Positions 49,505-63,134 of a DNA stretch of 64,000 bases are shown here, one piece after another. Position 1 is the first letter of the stretch, and each line of letters opens with the position of its first letter. The DNA comes from Octopus bimaculoides (lineage: Eukaryota): assembly GCF_001194135.2 (NCBI RefSeq), contig NC_068998.1, forward strand, positions 43,932,611 to 43,996,610, in the 5' to 3' direction. The translations under genes and the position numbers were made by a program. The notes beneath the pieces are model-generated. The model worked only from the letters and a program-made list of their open reading frames with translations, ran no database searches and was not told the origin of the DNA.

Positions 49505-49985
49505 CACATATATGTATATATATATATATGCACATACATATATATGTGTATATATATATGCACATACATATATATGTATATATACATATATATATATGCA
49601 CATACATATATATGTATATATACATATATATATATACACATACATATACATATATATACATGTATATATATATATATATACATGTATATATATATATACA
49701 CGTACATATATATATATACACATATGTATATATATATATACACATATGTATATATATATATACACGTACATATATATATACACATATGTATATATATATA
49801 CACGTACATATATATATACACATACATATATATATATATATATACACACATACATATATATATATGCATACATATATATATATGTACATAGATATTTATA
49901 TACACACACACACACATATAACACACTTACGTACATACACACACACACACACACACACACACGCATATATATATATATATATTAA
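49440..49985. repeat. (CA)n plus higher-order TATA-CACATA/CACGTACATA minisatellite
   Basis: Directly visible. Confidence 0.95.
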
Positions 49986-50139
49986 TTACATTTGTACAAA
50001 AATGAGTATCAGCTAATTAAGTTACAGGATACAAATTTACAAAACTAGAGTAATGGTCATATATTTATGTTAAGTTAGTTTGTAGTAGTAGTAGCAGTTG
50101 AAATTGATATCATAGTATTTATTCATACTATATCAACCT

Positions 50140-50445
50140 GACTGAGCAGACTTATAATCAAAGGTATTCCAGCTGTAATTATACTGTCTTTTTCTTAAGT
50201 CACAGTATATCTTGAAATATATTATTCAATGTGACCTTCGTTGTGACGATTCCTCTAGTCTAATTATAAGTCGGACTCACTACAGCAGAACTCAAATTGA
50301 ACAGGTTCTGGCTGTGACCACTTTGACTTATTTTCAGACTTAGTGTATCTAGGACTATATTATTTTAGTATGTCTTTCCTTTGTAAGATGATAAGATGTG
50401 ATCTGAAGGAGATTTAAGTGCTATTTTTAGCATATTGAGCTACCC
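50140..50445 (+). mobile_element. Two tandem copies of unnamed repeat family F
   Basis: TTCCAGCTGT/TTCTGGCTGTGACC...GTATCTAGGACTA...GGAGATTT; relatives at ~20775, ~53970 (-), ~57570 and ~61840 (-). Confidence 0.55.
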
Positions 50446-51027
50446 TATAAAGGCGGCCTCACATTGGCTCACTTGTTTCTGTTGATTTAATTCTTGCTGT
50501 TGTTGAGTAGACCTGGTCAAATACCTTGTTTAGACTATTTTGTCAGTGGTATTAGCTGCAAGCATCCCTGCTTTAATGCATATACATATAGCGTTCATAG
50601 TAATTTTTCTATCGTCTTGGCTCAACAGCCCTTACTGTTTGTTTTTACTGTCTTGTTCTCACTGTCCTGTTCTTGTTACCACTTTCACCCTCCGCAAAAA
50701 ATCCCAAATTTTATTTAATTTGCTTTGCGGGAAGGACTGTTCCAACGAAGTTGCATATTGTCCTTACCTTCAAAACGCGGAGTAGATGGAACAGGGACAT
50801 CTGACGAAGGGGTATACTCTTTATGTTGCATGTCTCATTTCTGTGTTTGTTTTTTCTTTGTTCAAAAAATGTTCGTTTTCTATGTTTTCGTTTCTCAATG
50901 TGTTTAACATTTTTTTTTAATGTCCTGTATGCATATATTCATGTATGTATACATATAGATGTAGGTATGTACATATATGTATGGATATATACATATATTT
51001 ATATATTGTTTATATTATTATATATAT

Positions 51028-51088
51028 CAGGATGATCAATTTTTACAGAGTCCCAACGTACTAAATTCCACTTAAATCGGTCACCCTG
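51028..51088. mobile_element. Possible 61-bp micro-MITE (CAGGGTGACC-type TIR)
   Basis: CAGGATGATCAATTT vs AAATCGGTCACCCTG: 15 bp with 3 transitions; flanks only roughly TA. Confidence 0.35.
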
Positions 51089-52054
51089 TGTATTACACAA
51101 AGAAATTGAAGCTAGTCATGTATTTTCAACTCAAACTTCTTAAACATACAGTTAAGTCTACACCCCTGAGATGAAGAATATAATATCAGACTAACGTAAG
51201 TAAAAGGTTATGAGATTATCCTGACATGACAGAAATTGTGATGTTTGACTGAAGAATATTGAAGCAGGAACATATAACAACATTGTTTCATTTCAATGGC
51301 TTTAAGTCTTTAGACATGGAGAAACACCAAATGAAAGACTGTGCTGCTGTAGTGATAGTAAAGGATAATGGTGTAGTTTAGTTAGCAGTTAGATGTTAAC
51401 TCATTTAATTACTCTAATTAGTCTCCTAATTACTGAAGTGAATTAGAAGCTAATGATGCTAACTGATGGGGTGGTTGAGAATTAAGAAATATTGCTAGAA
51501 ACGATGTTACAGATTCCAATGATAACAACTATGTTAATGGTTATTAGCACATTGAGACCATTAGCGTTCCATTGGAAATTTCAAAAGGGATCATGGAGAA
51601 AAGTATGCTGAAGTGTTATCATGATGCCTTAAATTGCTCATCTTATGATATGGACTAAAAACTGTAAGCTAACAAAATGTTTGTTAACTAAACAATGAAG
51701 TTGCTTACTATGAAAATCAAAGAAACAAACATACTCAATTTCATTTTTACGAAATAATTTAAGAAAATGAATGGGTTATTTCCATTGGCTATATATTAGG
51801 ATCCCTTCCAGGGCCGAATGGGTTATTTACCTTGATTTTTAAAATAAAATATATTAGGTATATATAATGATCCCTTCCAGGGGTCCTCTTATCAATTTTT
51901 TCAACAATGTGAGTATGCCATGAGGTTTCCAGATATGAGTTCTATTCACATGTCAGGTTTCTTCAAAATCGATAAAACGATGTAGGAGGAGTTAGCTAAC
52001 AACTCCACAAACAAACCCACAGATAGAATTTCCCACATATGTAAAAAATATCTA

Positions 52055-52288
52055 TGTGTGTGTGTCTTTATGTCTGTGTTTGTCACCCTCCACTGCTTGA
52101 TAACCAATGTTGGTGTGTTTACATACCTTTAGCATAGCAGTTTGGAAAAAGAGACCGATAGAATAAGTACAGGCTTTAGAAAATAAGTCTTGGGGTCGAT
52201 TTGTTCAACTAAAACTCTTCAAGGCAATGCCCCAGCATGGTTGCAGGTATGGTTGCAATGAAATGAATTACTGAAACAAGTAAAAGAT
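52055..52288 (+). mobile_element. SINE family A, 3' half
   Basis: GAGACCGATAGAATAAGTAC...GGGGTCGATTTG...CCCCAGCATGG. Confidence 0.8.
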
Positions 52289-53619
52289 TGTAAGGTATTT
52301 AGTCTGACATTAGACAGACTTAGCTCTAAAAGCATTCCACTTCTGAAGAAATCACAGAAATAGCATAAATAATTGTTTAAAAACAAAAGCAAAGAAATAA
52401 ACAAGTTTTGGTTATAAAATGGATATTGGCTTCCGAATGCTAAGAAATTATGCAATTCAGACTACATTAATCTCAATATGAAATCATTAATATCAAAAGC
52501 CAGTCTTTTAGGGTCATATTCTTTGTAATATAAATTAATTATTCCAGAGGAATATTTTGAAATGATGGATATCAATTCCAGATATTTTCTATCAGTCGCC
52601 AATGTCCAGTTGCTATAAAAACAACATAAAGAAATGTCAGTAGAAATGATAGAAGCTGTGAAATTAATTTCAATGAAAAATATGTTGATGATCCAGTCAC
52701 TGGTCTTTCATCCCTTGGAGACCTATGCACCAATCATGTTGGTAGAATTCATTAAAAGGTCATTAACCATTTTAATTTTTTTTCATTTTGGACTAAGTAA
52801 TTTCTGAAGGAGGAGTGTAACATTATAAATTCCAAAACTTATTTAGACTAGAATTTTAGTATTTACAATGACTTGAGTCAAGGGTGGTACTCAGAACACA
52901 ATGAATTCTTTTGTCTTTTTGAAATCTGGTCTGGTCATATTGCTCTGTTGATAGCTGACCAATATCAAGTCTCTGTTGGATATTTCACAGCCAACACCTT
53001 TTTCTTTGTTCTATTACAGATTTCATTATAATAAATGGTTGTCAAGTCAGGAAGATGGTAATTTTGAGCTGTGAGCTAGCCAAGTTAGACATTGTTTTCA
53101 GAGTGAAGTAGTTATGGAAACTTTTCTTAATTTGTAAAAGATATGAATTTAAATAGCAAGCCCAATAAACAGACCTTAAGGTGTGTGTGTGGGGGGGGGG
53201 GAGAATTGAGGAAAAAGAAACTAGAAATGTTTTCACAGGAAAAATAATTTTTATAGAATTGGTAAGTTTGTGTGCCAAAGAGAGTTTCCCTTCAGTACAC
53301 AAACCTTTTAGAATAAGTAATTTCCTTTAAAAAAAGAGTGTTCTTGTTTAGCTCCATATCCACCCCTAATCAAGTTTCGCTATGATCAGAGATATTTCAG
53401 GTATGACCATTCTATCTTTTTTAGAAAGTGTATACAGAACTGTTTATTTTCCAAGGTGTTCTGTTTTGAGCAAGTAGTGAAAACTTTGAGGGAAATTTGG
53501 TTGGAATTTCTAGGTGGTTGAGTGATTGCATAGACACCTCATTGAATTTTGAACCATTCAACTGATGGAGGGACAGTTATGTGGGCAGTAGACAGTAGTA
53601 GGTAAATAGCTGTGGCACT

Positions 53620-53945
53620 ATGTTCGTTATGACAACAAGGCTTCCAGTTGGTCTGATCACTGGAATAGCCTGCACATGAAATTAAGTTGAGCAGGTAGTT
53701 GAGCACTCCACACACACACACATGTGCCCTTAACATAGTTCTCAGGGAGATTCAGCTTGACACAGATTGTGACAAGGCTGGGCCCTTTGAATTACAGGTA
53801 CTACACATTTTTGCCAGCTGATTGAATTTGTGCTATGTGAAATAAAGCATCTTACTCAAGGACACAATGGGCCATTGGGACTTGAACTCACAACATTATG
53901 ATCGCAAGCCAAATACTCTAACCCCTAACCATGCTCCTTCACACT
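53620..53945 (-). mobile_element. tRNA/CORE-like SINE sharing its 3' region with 36213-36606
   Basis: Minus head GAGTTCAAGTCCC...GTGTCCTTGAGTAAGATGC; tail matches CCCTGAG..CTACGTTAAGGG. Confidence 0.7.
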
Positions 53946-55134
53946 GACAAACAACAATAGTAGGTAAATCACCCTTAAATCATACCTTGCTGTCTTGAAA
54001 GTATAAAAGGTTACATTACATAATACAGTTTTAGGTCCCTGTAAACTGATGGGATGGTCAAGGCTGGAACACCTTTGCTTATAGCTTTACTTGCTCAAAC
54101 TTTATCTGGTCCTGAGCAACCACTACTGCACACACTTCAGTCCACTTAAATCACTAATAACACCTTCCCATTATTCATTGTCTCATATATCTTACTTCTA
54201 TTATAATAAATAATTCAGCATGACAGTCAAAGGATTGAAGCTTATCCAATGATGCCGTTTGTAATTAAATTATTTACTGTGTAAATATTTTCAAATCTAA
54301 CTTAGAGGAAAAAAATTAAAATAAAAGCAAAATAGAATCAAAAATAAAATATTTTTTTCTTAAAAAATAAGGAAAAATATATTATAAATAAATAGGATTT
54401 TAATACTAAACAATAGCAAAGAAAAAAAAAAATACCTAGCTTAATTTCTGGAAAAATGTTTTTTAAATTTATCTTATCTTTTGAAGCTCTCAGGAAAATG
54501 TGAATGGATGCTTGCATTTTATTGGTGTTGTTGTTGCTGTCACAGTTGTTGTTATTGTTGCTGTCACAGTTGTTGTTATTGTTGCTGCTGGTGCTTATTT
54601 GAAGTATTTTTTCCTTCCATTTTTAGTCATTTAATTTGTTGATGTCAGTATTGGTATCTGGTGACGATTTGTAAAATTTGAATGAATGTAATTTTTTGTG
54701 CTTTTTTTTTACCACTCTCATATAATTTTTTTTCCTGTTTTACCAGTTTTTGCATTCTAACATATGAGAGAATTGCATATTTTATAAATTTATCCACATA
54801 GCAGATTCTTAGATTCATTTGTTTTTTCTTTATATTTATTACTACATCATGGCAGTTTGAACAAAACTTTAACTTATTTCCTAACATACGAAACCATGTG
54901 CAAATAACTTCTGCTACAGTTTCAAATCAATCCCAGCTTTGTGAGTGAAATTAAGCTGGACAGCAACTGTTTGGAAACCTGTCATTATGAACTTTATTTG
55001 GAATTCAAAGAGCCATCTTTGGTACACGCAGTGTCATTCTGATTCTGGCAAAGGATTTTAGCAACGAAAATACAAGTTGCATGTCAAAATGTCAGCATTG
55101 ACATTAAAAGTAGATTGAATAGGTAGTTAAATAG

Positions 55135-55191
<57 letters not shown>

Positions 55192-55419
55192 TGTGCATGC
55201 ATGCATACAAGCATATTTGTTCATTCATTTGTTCATTATTTTTTTTACTCTGTGTTGCCATATGTTAGACAGATGCTTATTTGAAGCAGCATTTTACTGC
55301 TGCAGGCTGATCTCAAAACACTGTGCTGTATAGGAGTTGACTGAGGACTGAGATATGTAGTACATAGTTGTACAGAAGACCTGCCCACCACAAAAGAATT
55401 GAGATCCTAAAAGCAAGGT

Positions 55420-55675
55420 GTCTCATAAAAAGCCTTGTTTTGGGTGCTAGTGCCACATAAAAAGCACTGGTGCTGGAGCCATGTAAAAAGCACCCAGTAC
55501 ACTTTGTAGAGTGGTTGACTTTAGGAAGGGCATCCAGCTGTAGAAACCGGGCTAAAACGAACTACAGAACCTGACATGGCTCCTGGCCTTACCAGTTCTG
55601 TCAAGCCATCCAACCCATGCCAGCATGGAAAATGGATGTTAAATGTTGATGATAATGATGATGATGGCGATGGTG
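55420..55675 (+). mobile_element. SINE family C copy
   Basis: GTGCCACATAAAAAGCAC twice, TAGGAAGGGCATCCAGCTGTAGAAAC, (ATG)n tail. Confidence 0.85.
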
Positions 55676-56010
55676 ATATATATATATAGGGTATAAGTAG
55701 TCTGATGAAGACTAGCAGAGTAACATTTCAAAGTCACTCTCACTTTTCTTCTTGGAAAAATACAGTGTGTGTGTGTGTGTCTATAAAGGAACATACAAAG
55801 AGATTCTTTAATGAGGCTTGGATTGTAGTGTTCTTTGATATTGATTACTGAAACACTGACAATATTCTCATGCAGGAACAGTTAGTACATTCCCTTCATT
55901 TTCATTTAAATGCAGCATCATCTAATGATGGCAAGGAAAGAATTCAAAATAACAACACAGCCAGCATCAGCATTTAATTTCAATTTTGGTTCAGAAACAA
56001 AAGAACATAC

Positions 56011-56169
56011 AGGCGCAGGAGTGGCTGTGTGGTAAGTAGCTTGCTTACCAACCACATGGTTCTGAGTTCATTCCTATTGCATGGCACCTTGGACAAGTGT
56101 CTACTATAGCCTCGGGCCGACCAAAGCCTTGTGAGTGGATTTGGTAGACGGAAACTGAAAGAAGCCCGT

Positions 56170-56210
<41 letters not shown>

Positions 56211-56452
56211 NNNNNNNNNNNNNNNNNNNNTATATATGCATGTGTGTATGTTTGTGTGTCTGTGCTTGTCCCCCCAACATCGCTTGACAACCGATGCTGG
56301 TGTGTTTATGTCCTTGTAAGTTAGCGGTTTGGCAAAAGACACTGATAGAATAAGTACTAGGCATCCAAAGAATAAGTCCTGTGGTCGATTTGCTCGACTA
56401 AAGGCGGTGCTCCAGCATGGCCACAGTCAAATGACTGAAACAAGTAAAAGAG
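56011..56452 (+). mobile_element. SINE family A, near-consensus reference copy
   Basis: Complete head, CORE-like domain, (TA)n and 3' end. Confidence 0.95.
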
Positions 56453-56512
56453 TACCAAGCAACATATTTAAACTCAGGTGCTGCCATTTTATAATCCAGT
56501 ACTTTATTCATA

Positions 56513-56716
56513 TTGGTTTCAAATTTTGGTGCAGGGCCAGCAAGTTCAGGAGTGATTAATTCAACTCCAGTACTACACTGGTACTTATTTTATCAATCCT
56601 GAAAGGATGAAAGCCAAAGTCAACCTTGGCATGATTGAACCCAGAATGTAAAGACCAATGAAATGCTACTAAGTATTTTGTCTTTCATGCTAATGACTTT
56701 GCCAGCAAACTGCCTT
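56513..56716 (-). mobile_element. SINE family B copy
   Basis: CTGGTACTTATTTTATCAATCCTGAAAGGATGAAAGCCAAAGTC. Confidence 0.8.
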
Positions 56717-56993
56717 ATACTTTATTTATATCAATTCTGCTGACATTTAATGGTGCTAAGAGTCAGTAGTTCTAAATTCTTTGTAGTGTTAAGTAGATAA
56801 AACAAATCTTTTCATAGATGAGAAACTTATTTGCCAGAAACATTTAAAGTGGTTATAATAAGTACATGAGTGAAAAATACTAAGACATGATAAACTAATA
56901 ACAAGATGAAGTGACTGCAGCATGGAAGATACAAGTTAGCCATCCAGCAACAAGCAAAAACTGTTAACTTTACTTAAACATTTACTTGTAAAA

Positions 56994-57110
56994 TGGTGTT
57001 GAAATTTTTGTTGCTCAAAAACTGTGACCTGTTCACTGAAAATAAAAATATGTTGCAGGTTTTTTTCAGTGAAGAGATTGCACTTTTGAGTGACAACAAT
57101 TTTGATACTA
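56994..57110. other. ~48-bp imperfect inverted repeat (long hairpin)
   Basis: TTGTTGCTCAAAAACTGTGACCTGTTCACTGAAAA pairs with TTTTCAGTGAAGAGATTGCACTTTTGAGTGACAA. Confidence 0.8.
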
Positions 57111-57112
57111 AA

Positions 57113-57329
57113 TTGGTTTCATATTTTGGTACAATGCCAGCTATTTGCGGGGTGGGGCAAGTTGATTGCATCAACCCCAGTGCTTGGCTGGTAATTATTT
57201 TATCAACCCCGAAAGGACGGAAGGCAAAGTCAACCTCAGTGGAATTTGAACTCAGAATGGAGATACAGATGAAATGGTGCGAAGCATTTTTGTTTGGTGC
57301 ACTAGCAATTCTGTCAGCTCACTGCCTTA
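57113..57329 (-). mobile_element. SINE family B copy
   Basis: TATCAACCCCGAAAGGACGGAAGGCAAAGTCAACCTC. Confidence 0.85.
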
Positions 57330-59513
57330 AATCTTAACACCATATTAGGAACAAATGCTTAAATGAAGTTAACGGCCTTTGTGCATTTTTGAATGAATTG
57401 CTCTGCTCAAACAGATTCAGTGAAATGAAAGCAAAGTCCTTCAAATTTGTAAACACTCTGCCTTTTATTTCAGGCATATTGTACCTAGAGTTACATAATT
57501 CAGTCAATCTGCCTTAATTTGTGATGGTAGAATTCATTTCAAGAACGATTTACCAGCTATTTTCTTTTAGGTATTTTTGTCACTTAACTCCCAGAACAGC
57601 CCCGATTCTGTTGCAGCCTAATGGTAAAAGCAACTTCCAGCCGCAACCATCTGGTTCTTTATTCAGAAGGTCCAGATCCTCTAATGTATTCTTCACTTTT
57701 TCTGCTTTCATTAGATCACAGATTATTTTGAAAGTTATTTGGCTGCTATTTTTAGCAGATCTAGTGGCTACAAAGAAGCTTCCTTGTTGGCTCAAGAAGG
57801 TTACTTGGTGTATGAAGAGTAGTCATTGGAAGGAATTAATTATTTATATATTTCATCAGAGAAGCTAAGAGGTGTCAGAGAAAAAATTGTGATTAGACAC
57901 ATTGCACTCTAGGGGACAGTGAACTGGAATGTTTTCAGATTGAAGTTAATGGAGTTGTTCCAAATTGGCAAAATGGTGTCATATTTTTTACAGCTACATC
58001 TGTTGTTTTCGTTGTTATTGTTTGTGGTGGTGTTGGTGATGTTTGCAACAGTGAGATGGAAACCTTATCTAGTACCAATATGTATGTTTAATGTCACTGT
58101 TCCCCATCCTAGCACCACACACACACACATACTCTGTTTCTCGTCCTGCTTCTGTCCATTATCTCTGCATATGAATTTTTGCTTTCGATTACCCACACAT
58201 GTGTTCTCAGATATCAACTAACGAAGCAATATGATCATGATTACAATGAATTAAATATGAGACAATTAGATAATAAAAAATAATTGTGAGCATGTATCTA
58301 TTTGTGTATATGTGTTTGTAGGTTTTGATCTTTCCATATATGAAAATCTATTCTAAAGAATCTCATGTTATTTGTATAAATATGTCATGTATGCACATAT
58401 ATTTGCATCTGAATATCTTTGACAGTCATCAACATTTGTGTTATGCATACATTACATACATGAATCCATGTCATTTAGGCTTCACTGATGTACTGGCAAA
58501 GGATCAACATATAGTGACAGCTGCTATATTTGCAAATGTACCCTATCCATGCTTTGATAGATAAAAATAATTTATTTAGCATATTTTTTTTGTACACATA
58601 TATTATGTAAGACGACTTTCTAGGAGAATATGGGTTCTCTCCTTGCTGGGTCTACTTCCTGCTTCTAAACACTACAACAAATAGAGTTGGAGTGCAACCT
58701 TCTATCAGCTCATTAATTTTATATTAGGATAGTTGGCTTTCCTCAGTTTTAGAATCATAAACACAAATATTTGGTTGTCAGAATGGTGCCTATAGGGACT
58801 AGAACCTCTACATTACGTTAGAGGTTATGTTCTTATATGCAATTAATTCATATTGCAGTGTGGTGCATTATATAATTCTTGTTGTACACACACTGTCGAA
58901 GGTATTCCACAAAATGAATTAATCTGAATATCACTGCAGCATATAGATAGACATTCTGAGAAAGAGAGTATGCATGATTCTGTCTTTATGGAAGCGGTAT
59001 GAGACCAAAATTGACAGAAGTTCTGCTCCTTCTCTTGTTAAACACACATACTTCATTCAGGATTATTTTTCAGTGCCAAATCACCTGAGACTATCTCTGG
59101 TTCTATTAGACAAAATCTATATTTCAAAATGGCTATACTTAAATTAAAACCTATTAAATTTTATATCAGTAGATTTTAAATTATGTTCCAAACACCAGCT
59201 TAATAATACGCAATTTATTTAGTCTGCTATGCCTCACCATAGCTATGCGGTTAAGAACTTCCGTTCATAACATCATAGTTTAGGAGTCACTCTCACTGCT
59301 CTACTGTGGGCAAGTGTCTTCTACAGCCTCAAGCTAACCATGCCTTGCAAGTGGATTTGGCAAACAGAAACTGTAAGATGCCTGTCACATGCACACCTGT
59401 ATGTGTTCATGTCTGTGTGTGTGTATATGTTTTTACACATGTTCGTGTGTTTGTGTCTTTCTCTTGTCTTGATGTTATTTGCTTGCTGTGTAAAGAAGTT
59501 CACCATCCATACA

Positions 59514-59724
59514 AATAATCCTTTCTACTAAAGGCACAGGGCCTGAAATTTTTGGAGAGGTGGGCAGCCAATCTCAGTACACAACTGGTACTTAATTTAT
59601 CGACCCCGAAAGGATGAAAGGCAAAGTCGGCCTCGGTGGAATTTGAACTCAGAACATAGTGACGGGTGAAATAACACTAAACATTTTGTCCAGCATGCTA
59701 ACAATTCTGCCAGCATGCTACCTT
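59514..59724 (-). mobile_element. SINE family B, near-consensus
   Basis: ATCGACCCCGAAAGGATGAAAGGCAAAGTCGGCCTCGG. Confidence 0.9.
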
Positions 59725-60063
59725 ACAAGTAATGTTATTATTTACAATCTGTTGTGAAAACATGTTTGGACATTGAGTAGTTTATTGTTTAATGAACTAG
59801 GAGAATATAGCTTACCTGAAAATAGATGAGGGGCAGTAACAAGAATAGTATCTGGCAGTAGAATGTCCACCTCAGTAAGCTTCATCTGACCTCTGCTAGC
59901 ATGGGAAAACGGGCATCGAAATACTGATGATCATGATGATATCTCATTAAATTCTTCTGCAGTTTTAATTAACTTGAACTATCTAGTGCATTCCATAATG
60001 AATTCAAATACAAAGTCATATCAACATCTATATGACAATTAGTTTTTTGTCTATACAGCCTCT

Positions 60064-60481
60064 TTCTCTTTTACTTGTTTCAGTTATTTGACTGCGGCCA
60101 TGCTGGAGCACCACCTTTAGTCGAGCAAATCGACCCCAAGACTTATTCTTTGTAAGCTTAGTACTTATTCTATTGGTCTCTTATGCCGAACCGCTAAGTT
60201 ACGGGGACGTAAATATACCACTATCGGTTGTCAAGCAATATTGGGAGGACAAACACAAACGCACACATACATACGCACATACACACACACACACACATAT
60301 ATATATATACATATATACGACAGGCTTCTTTCAGTTTCTGTCTACAAAATCCACTCACAAGGCTTTGGTCAGCCCGAGGCTATAGTAGAAGACACATGCC
60401 CAAGGTGCCATGCAGTAGGAATGAATCGAGAGCCATGTGGTTGGTTAGCAAGCTACTTACCCCACAGCCACTCCTGCACCT
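60064..60481 (-). mobile_element. SINE family A, full length
   Basis: Near-consensus reverse complement of 56011-56452. Confidence 0.92.
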
Positions 60482-61384
60482 AATCTGTTTATAAATTTGT
60501 AAAATCCTTCCTTTGCATCAACTGCTTAAATAAAGTGATTTAGAAAATAAAAAACTGATAATGTGTGTCTCAGCAAACTATAAAATTTCATAAAACAAGC
60601 AGAAGTATGAAACAGATAAGAAATGAATGAATCTCTGCTCTGAAGAAGCCATTTGTCAAATACCCAATATCTAATACTGATAGCATTTGTTGAACATCTA
60701 TTTTCCAAATAGCTGGAAACTAACCTTAGGCAGAATATAGAATTAAGTATTTCTCTCCAAGACATACAATAATCTATTTGTATCTGATAGAACATGAAAT
60801 CAGTGAGATGATAATTCAACACCAAAATATACAGTCATTTTGCCACCACATTTCCAATGAAAGGTTACCTAATATTATTGAATGTATTTAAAGCGTAAAT
60901 ATATGCTGCCCTTTGAAAAGTAACTCTTTCAAACTATTTGACTGTCAGCTGGAGATTACAATCTCCCTAAAGCTGCTTTGAAGTTAATCAACTCCTTGTT
61001 TTTCTCTTAGAATGCACCTGCATTTATGCTGCAAGCTGCTGCAAAACTTTATCTGTGTCTTAGGGGAACCTACAACTATATATATCAGGGTTAAGGAGAC
61101 TTCAGTTTTCTCACTTTATTTTTGGAAATGATTTATCTTGTACCCAATTTGCTCCTGGAGATATTTCTTAGAGAACTTGGCAGTAACTTCAAGATCGATG
61201 CCTGCTGAATGAGACATTAACTTGTATGTTTGCACAAACATGCCAAGCGTGCATATATTGCATAGAATAAGTGTGTATTGACAGGTACACTTTGAATACG
61301 CAGCTATTTGTTTATACAACAACCTTTTTAAAGGTTCTAGAAGTATGTATTCTTTGTTCTTTTTTACATTTAAATTTAGGAAAA

Positions 61385-61640
61385 CGATGACCTAGTGGTT
61401 AGGCTGTTGGACTCGTGATCACTAGATCGAAGGTTCAATTCCCAGACTGGTTGATGCGTTGTGTTGTTGAGGAAAACACTTCATTTCACATTGCTCCAGT
61501 ACCCCTTTCAACCATGGTGGAATGTTGGCCTGCTTGCTTAGCCATTGGGGTGGAATTATTTAAAGGCTAAAACAATGCAAATGTGCATTGTGACCAGCGA
61601 TGTGTGACAACATCAGATAACCTGGTGAGTCACATGATCA
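61385..61640 (+). mobile_element. tRNA/CORE-like SINE, divergent family
   Basis: GACCTAGTGGTTAGG...GGTTCAATTCCCAGAC...GTGTTGTTGAGGAAAACACTTCATTTC. Confidence 0.65.
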
Positions 61641-62057
61641 TGTGATGGATCTTCTCACACACACTTACACCCATAATGATATGTAACACATACACATACT
61701 TATGTATGTACATACATACATATAAACTGTTAACTATATACCACACTAAATATCACCATGTATATGCACATCATATGTGCACATCACTACATGAAATTTT
61801 TTCACACATGCAGTTATGTGTCTTACTCATTAGAAATAGCAGCTAAATCTCCCACAAATTAGCCCCTGCCATCTTAGAAATAGATGTATTTTATCTACAA
61901 TATCATCAAGTGGCAAATAATATATACTCACATGTGTGTGTGTGTGTGGTTGTTTATGTGTGTGCTTGTGTGTGTGTCTGTGCATGCATGTGTGTAGCTG
62001 CCAATATGTGTGTGTATGCTTTGTGCTAGTAACATGTATGCATGCATGTGTGTTATA

Positions 62058-62277
62058 TAAGGGGTTACTGAAAAGCTGCTGGCTTTAAGGTTATTGGGTA
62101 AGGCCTGATTGGAGGCTAAAAACCCTTCTGAGTTCTTTTACAGGGCTTAGAAAAACTGAAGGACTGCTGCAATAAGTGTGTGAACCTGAAAGGGGAATAT
62201 GTTCAATAAAATCATAATTAACTGATCCTCCTGTTTTTTTCTTTTACCTAAAACCAGGAACTTTACAGCACCACCTC

Positions 62278-62278
<1 letters not shown>
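62058..62278 (+). mobile_element. Mariner MITE with transposase C-terminus remnant
   Basis: Internal LQGLEKLKDCCNKCVNLKGEYVQ*; right TIR ACTTTACAGCACCACCTCG-TA. Confidence 0.8.
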
Positions 62279-62316
<38 letters not shown>

Positions 62317-63134
62317 CATGTGCATGCATGCGTGCATGTATGTATGAGTCTTTCTTCCTCCTTTTCTCTAGTTTATTCCATTATTCAATGTTTCCGCTGC
62401 AGAAAGTCATACACAAGAGAGTTATTACATGTTTCAGAAATATACTGCACACTAAATTACTCTGATACATACACACACATACACACACCCAACATTATAT
62501 GTAGCATATATTTATTCAAATGTCACACACACACACACACACACACACATACATACACACACAAATGCACACACGAAAATTTATAACAACAAAACAAACT
62601 CTTTAATGAAAAATCTGAAATTTTAAACAGGTTTAAGATATTAAATCGTTTATGTTAGGTGGAACCACACAGAAGAGTTAATGTCACAAAACAGACAAAT
62701 TAATGTAGCTATAAAGACTGTTCTGTTTGTTGAAAACACAGGCCAAAGGTATTAAACATATAAGTCTCTTAACAAGTAATTCATGAACATTAAAAATCAA
62801 ACATGGTAATACCTCTTATAAGAAGATATATTTGCCAAGATGCCCATCTTCGATTTAGATGGCAGGACATTATTGCAAATGTATTGAAATAAAATGTCTA
62901 CGATAGCCAATGGCAGTTAGTCACAACACACGCACATGACACAGGCACACATGCATGCAAACAAACTAATGCACAAATACTCATTTACACACACATAAAC
63001 ACAGATATGTGTATGTATAAGGAAAAGTCTTTATGCAACTATATCTATCCGTCTGTCAATCTCTCTCTCTCTCATGTATATATATATATATATATACATA
63101 TATATATACATATATATATATATATACACACACA

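Noticed and set aside
55700-55740. CTGATGA-A-GACT...AGTC
   Set aside because: No GAAA after the helix and no cleavage triplet.
57939-58081. Exon candidate IEVNGVVPNWQNG... with GTATGT donor
   Set aside because: Central part is GT-rich low-complexity sequence typical of introns here.
7048-62586. Dozens of YI/CV/HT/poly-I/poly-N/poly-X ORFs in the ORF track
   Set aside because: They are translations of (TA)n, (CA)n, (AAT)n repeats and N gaps.
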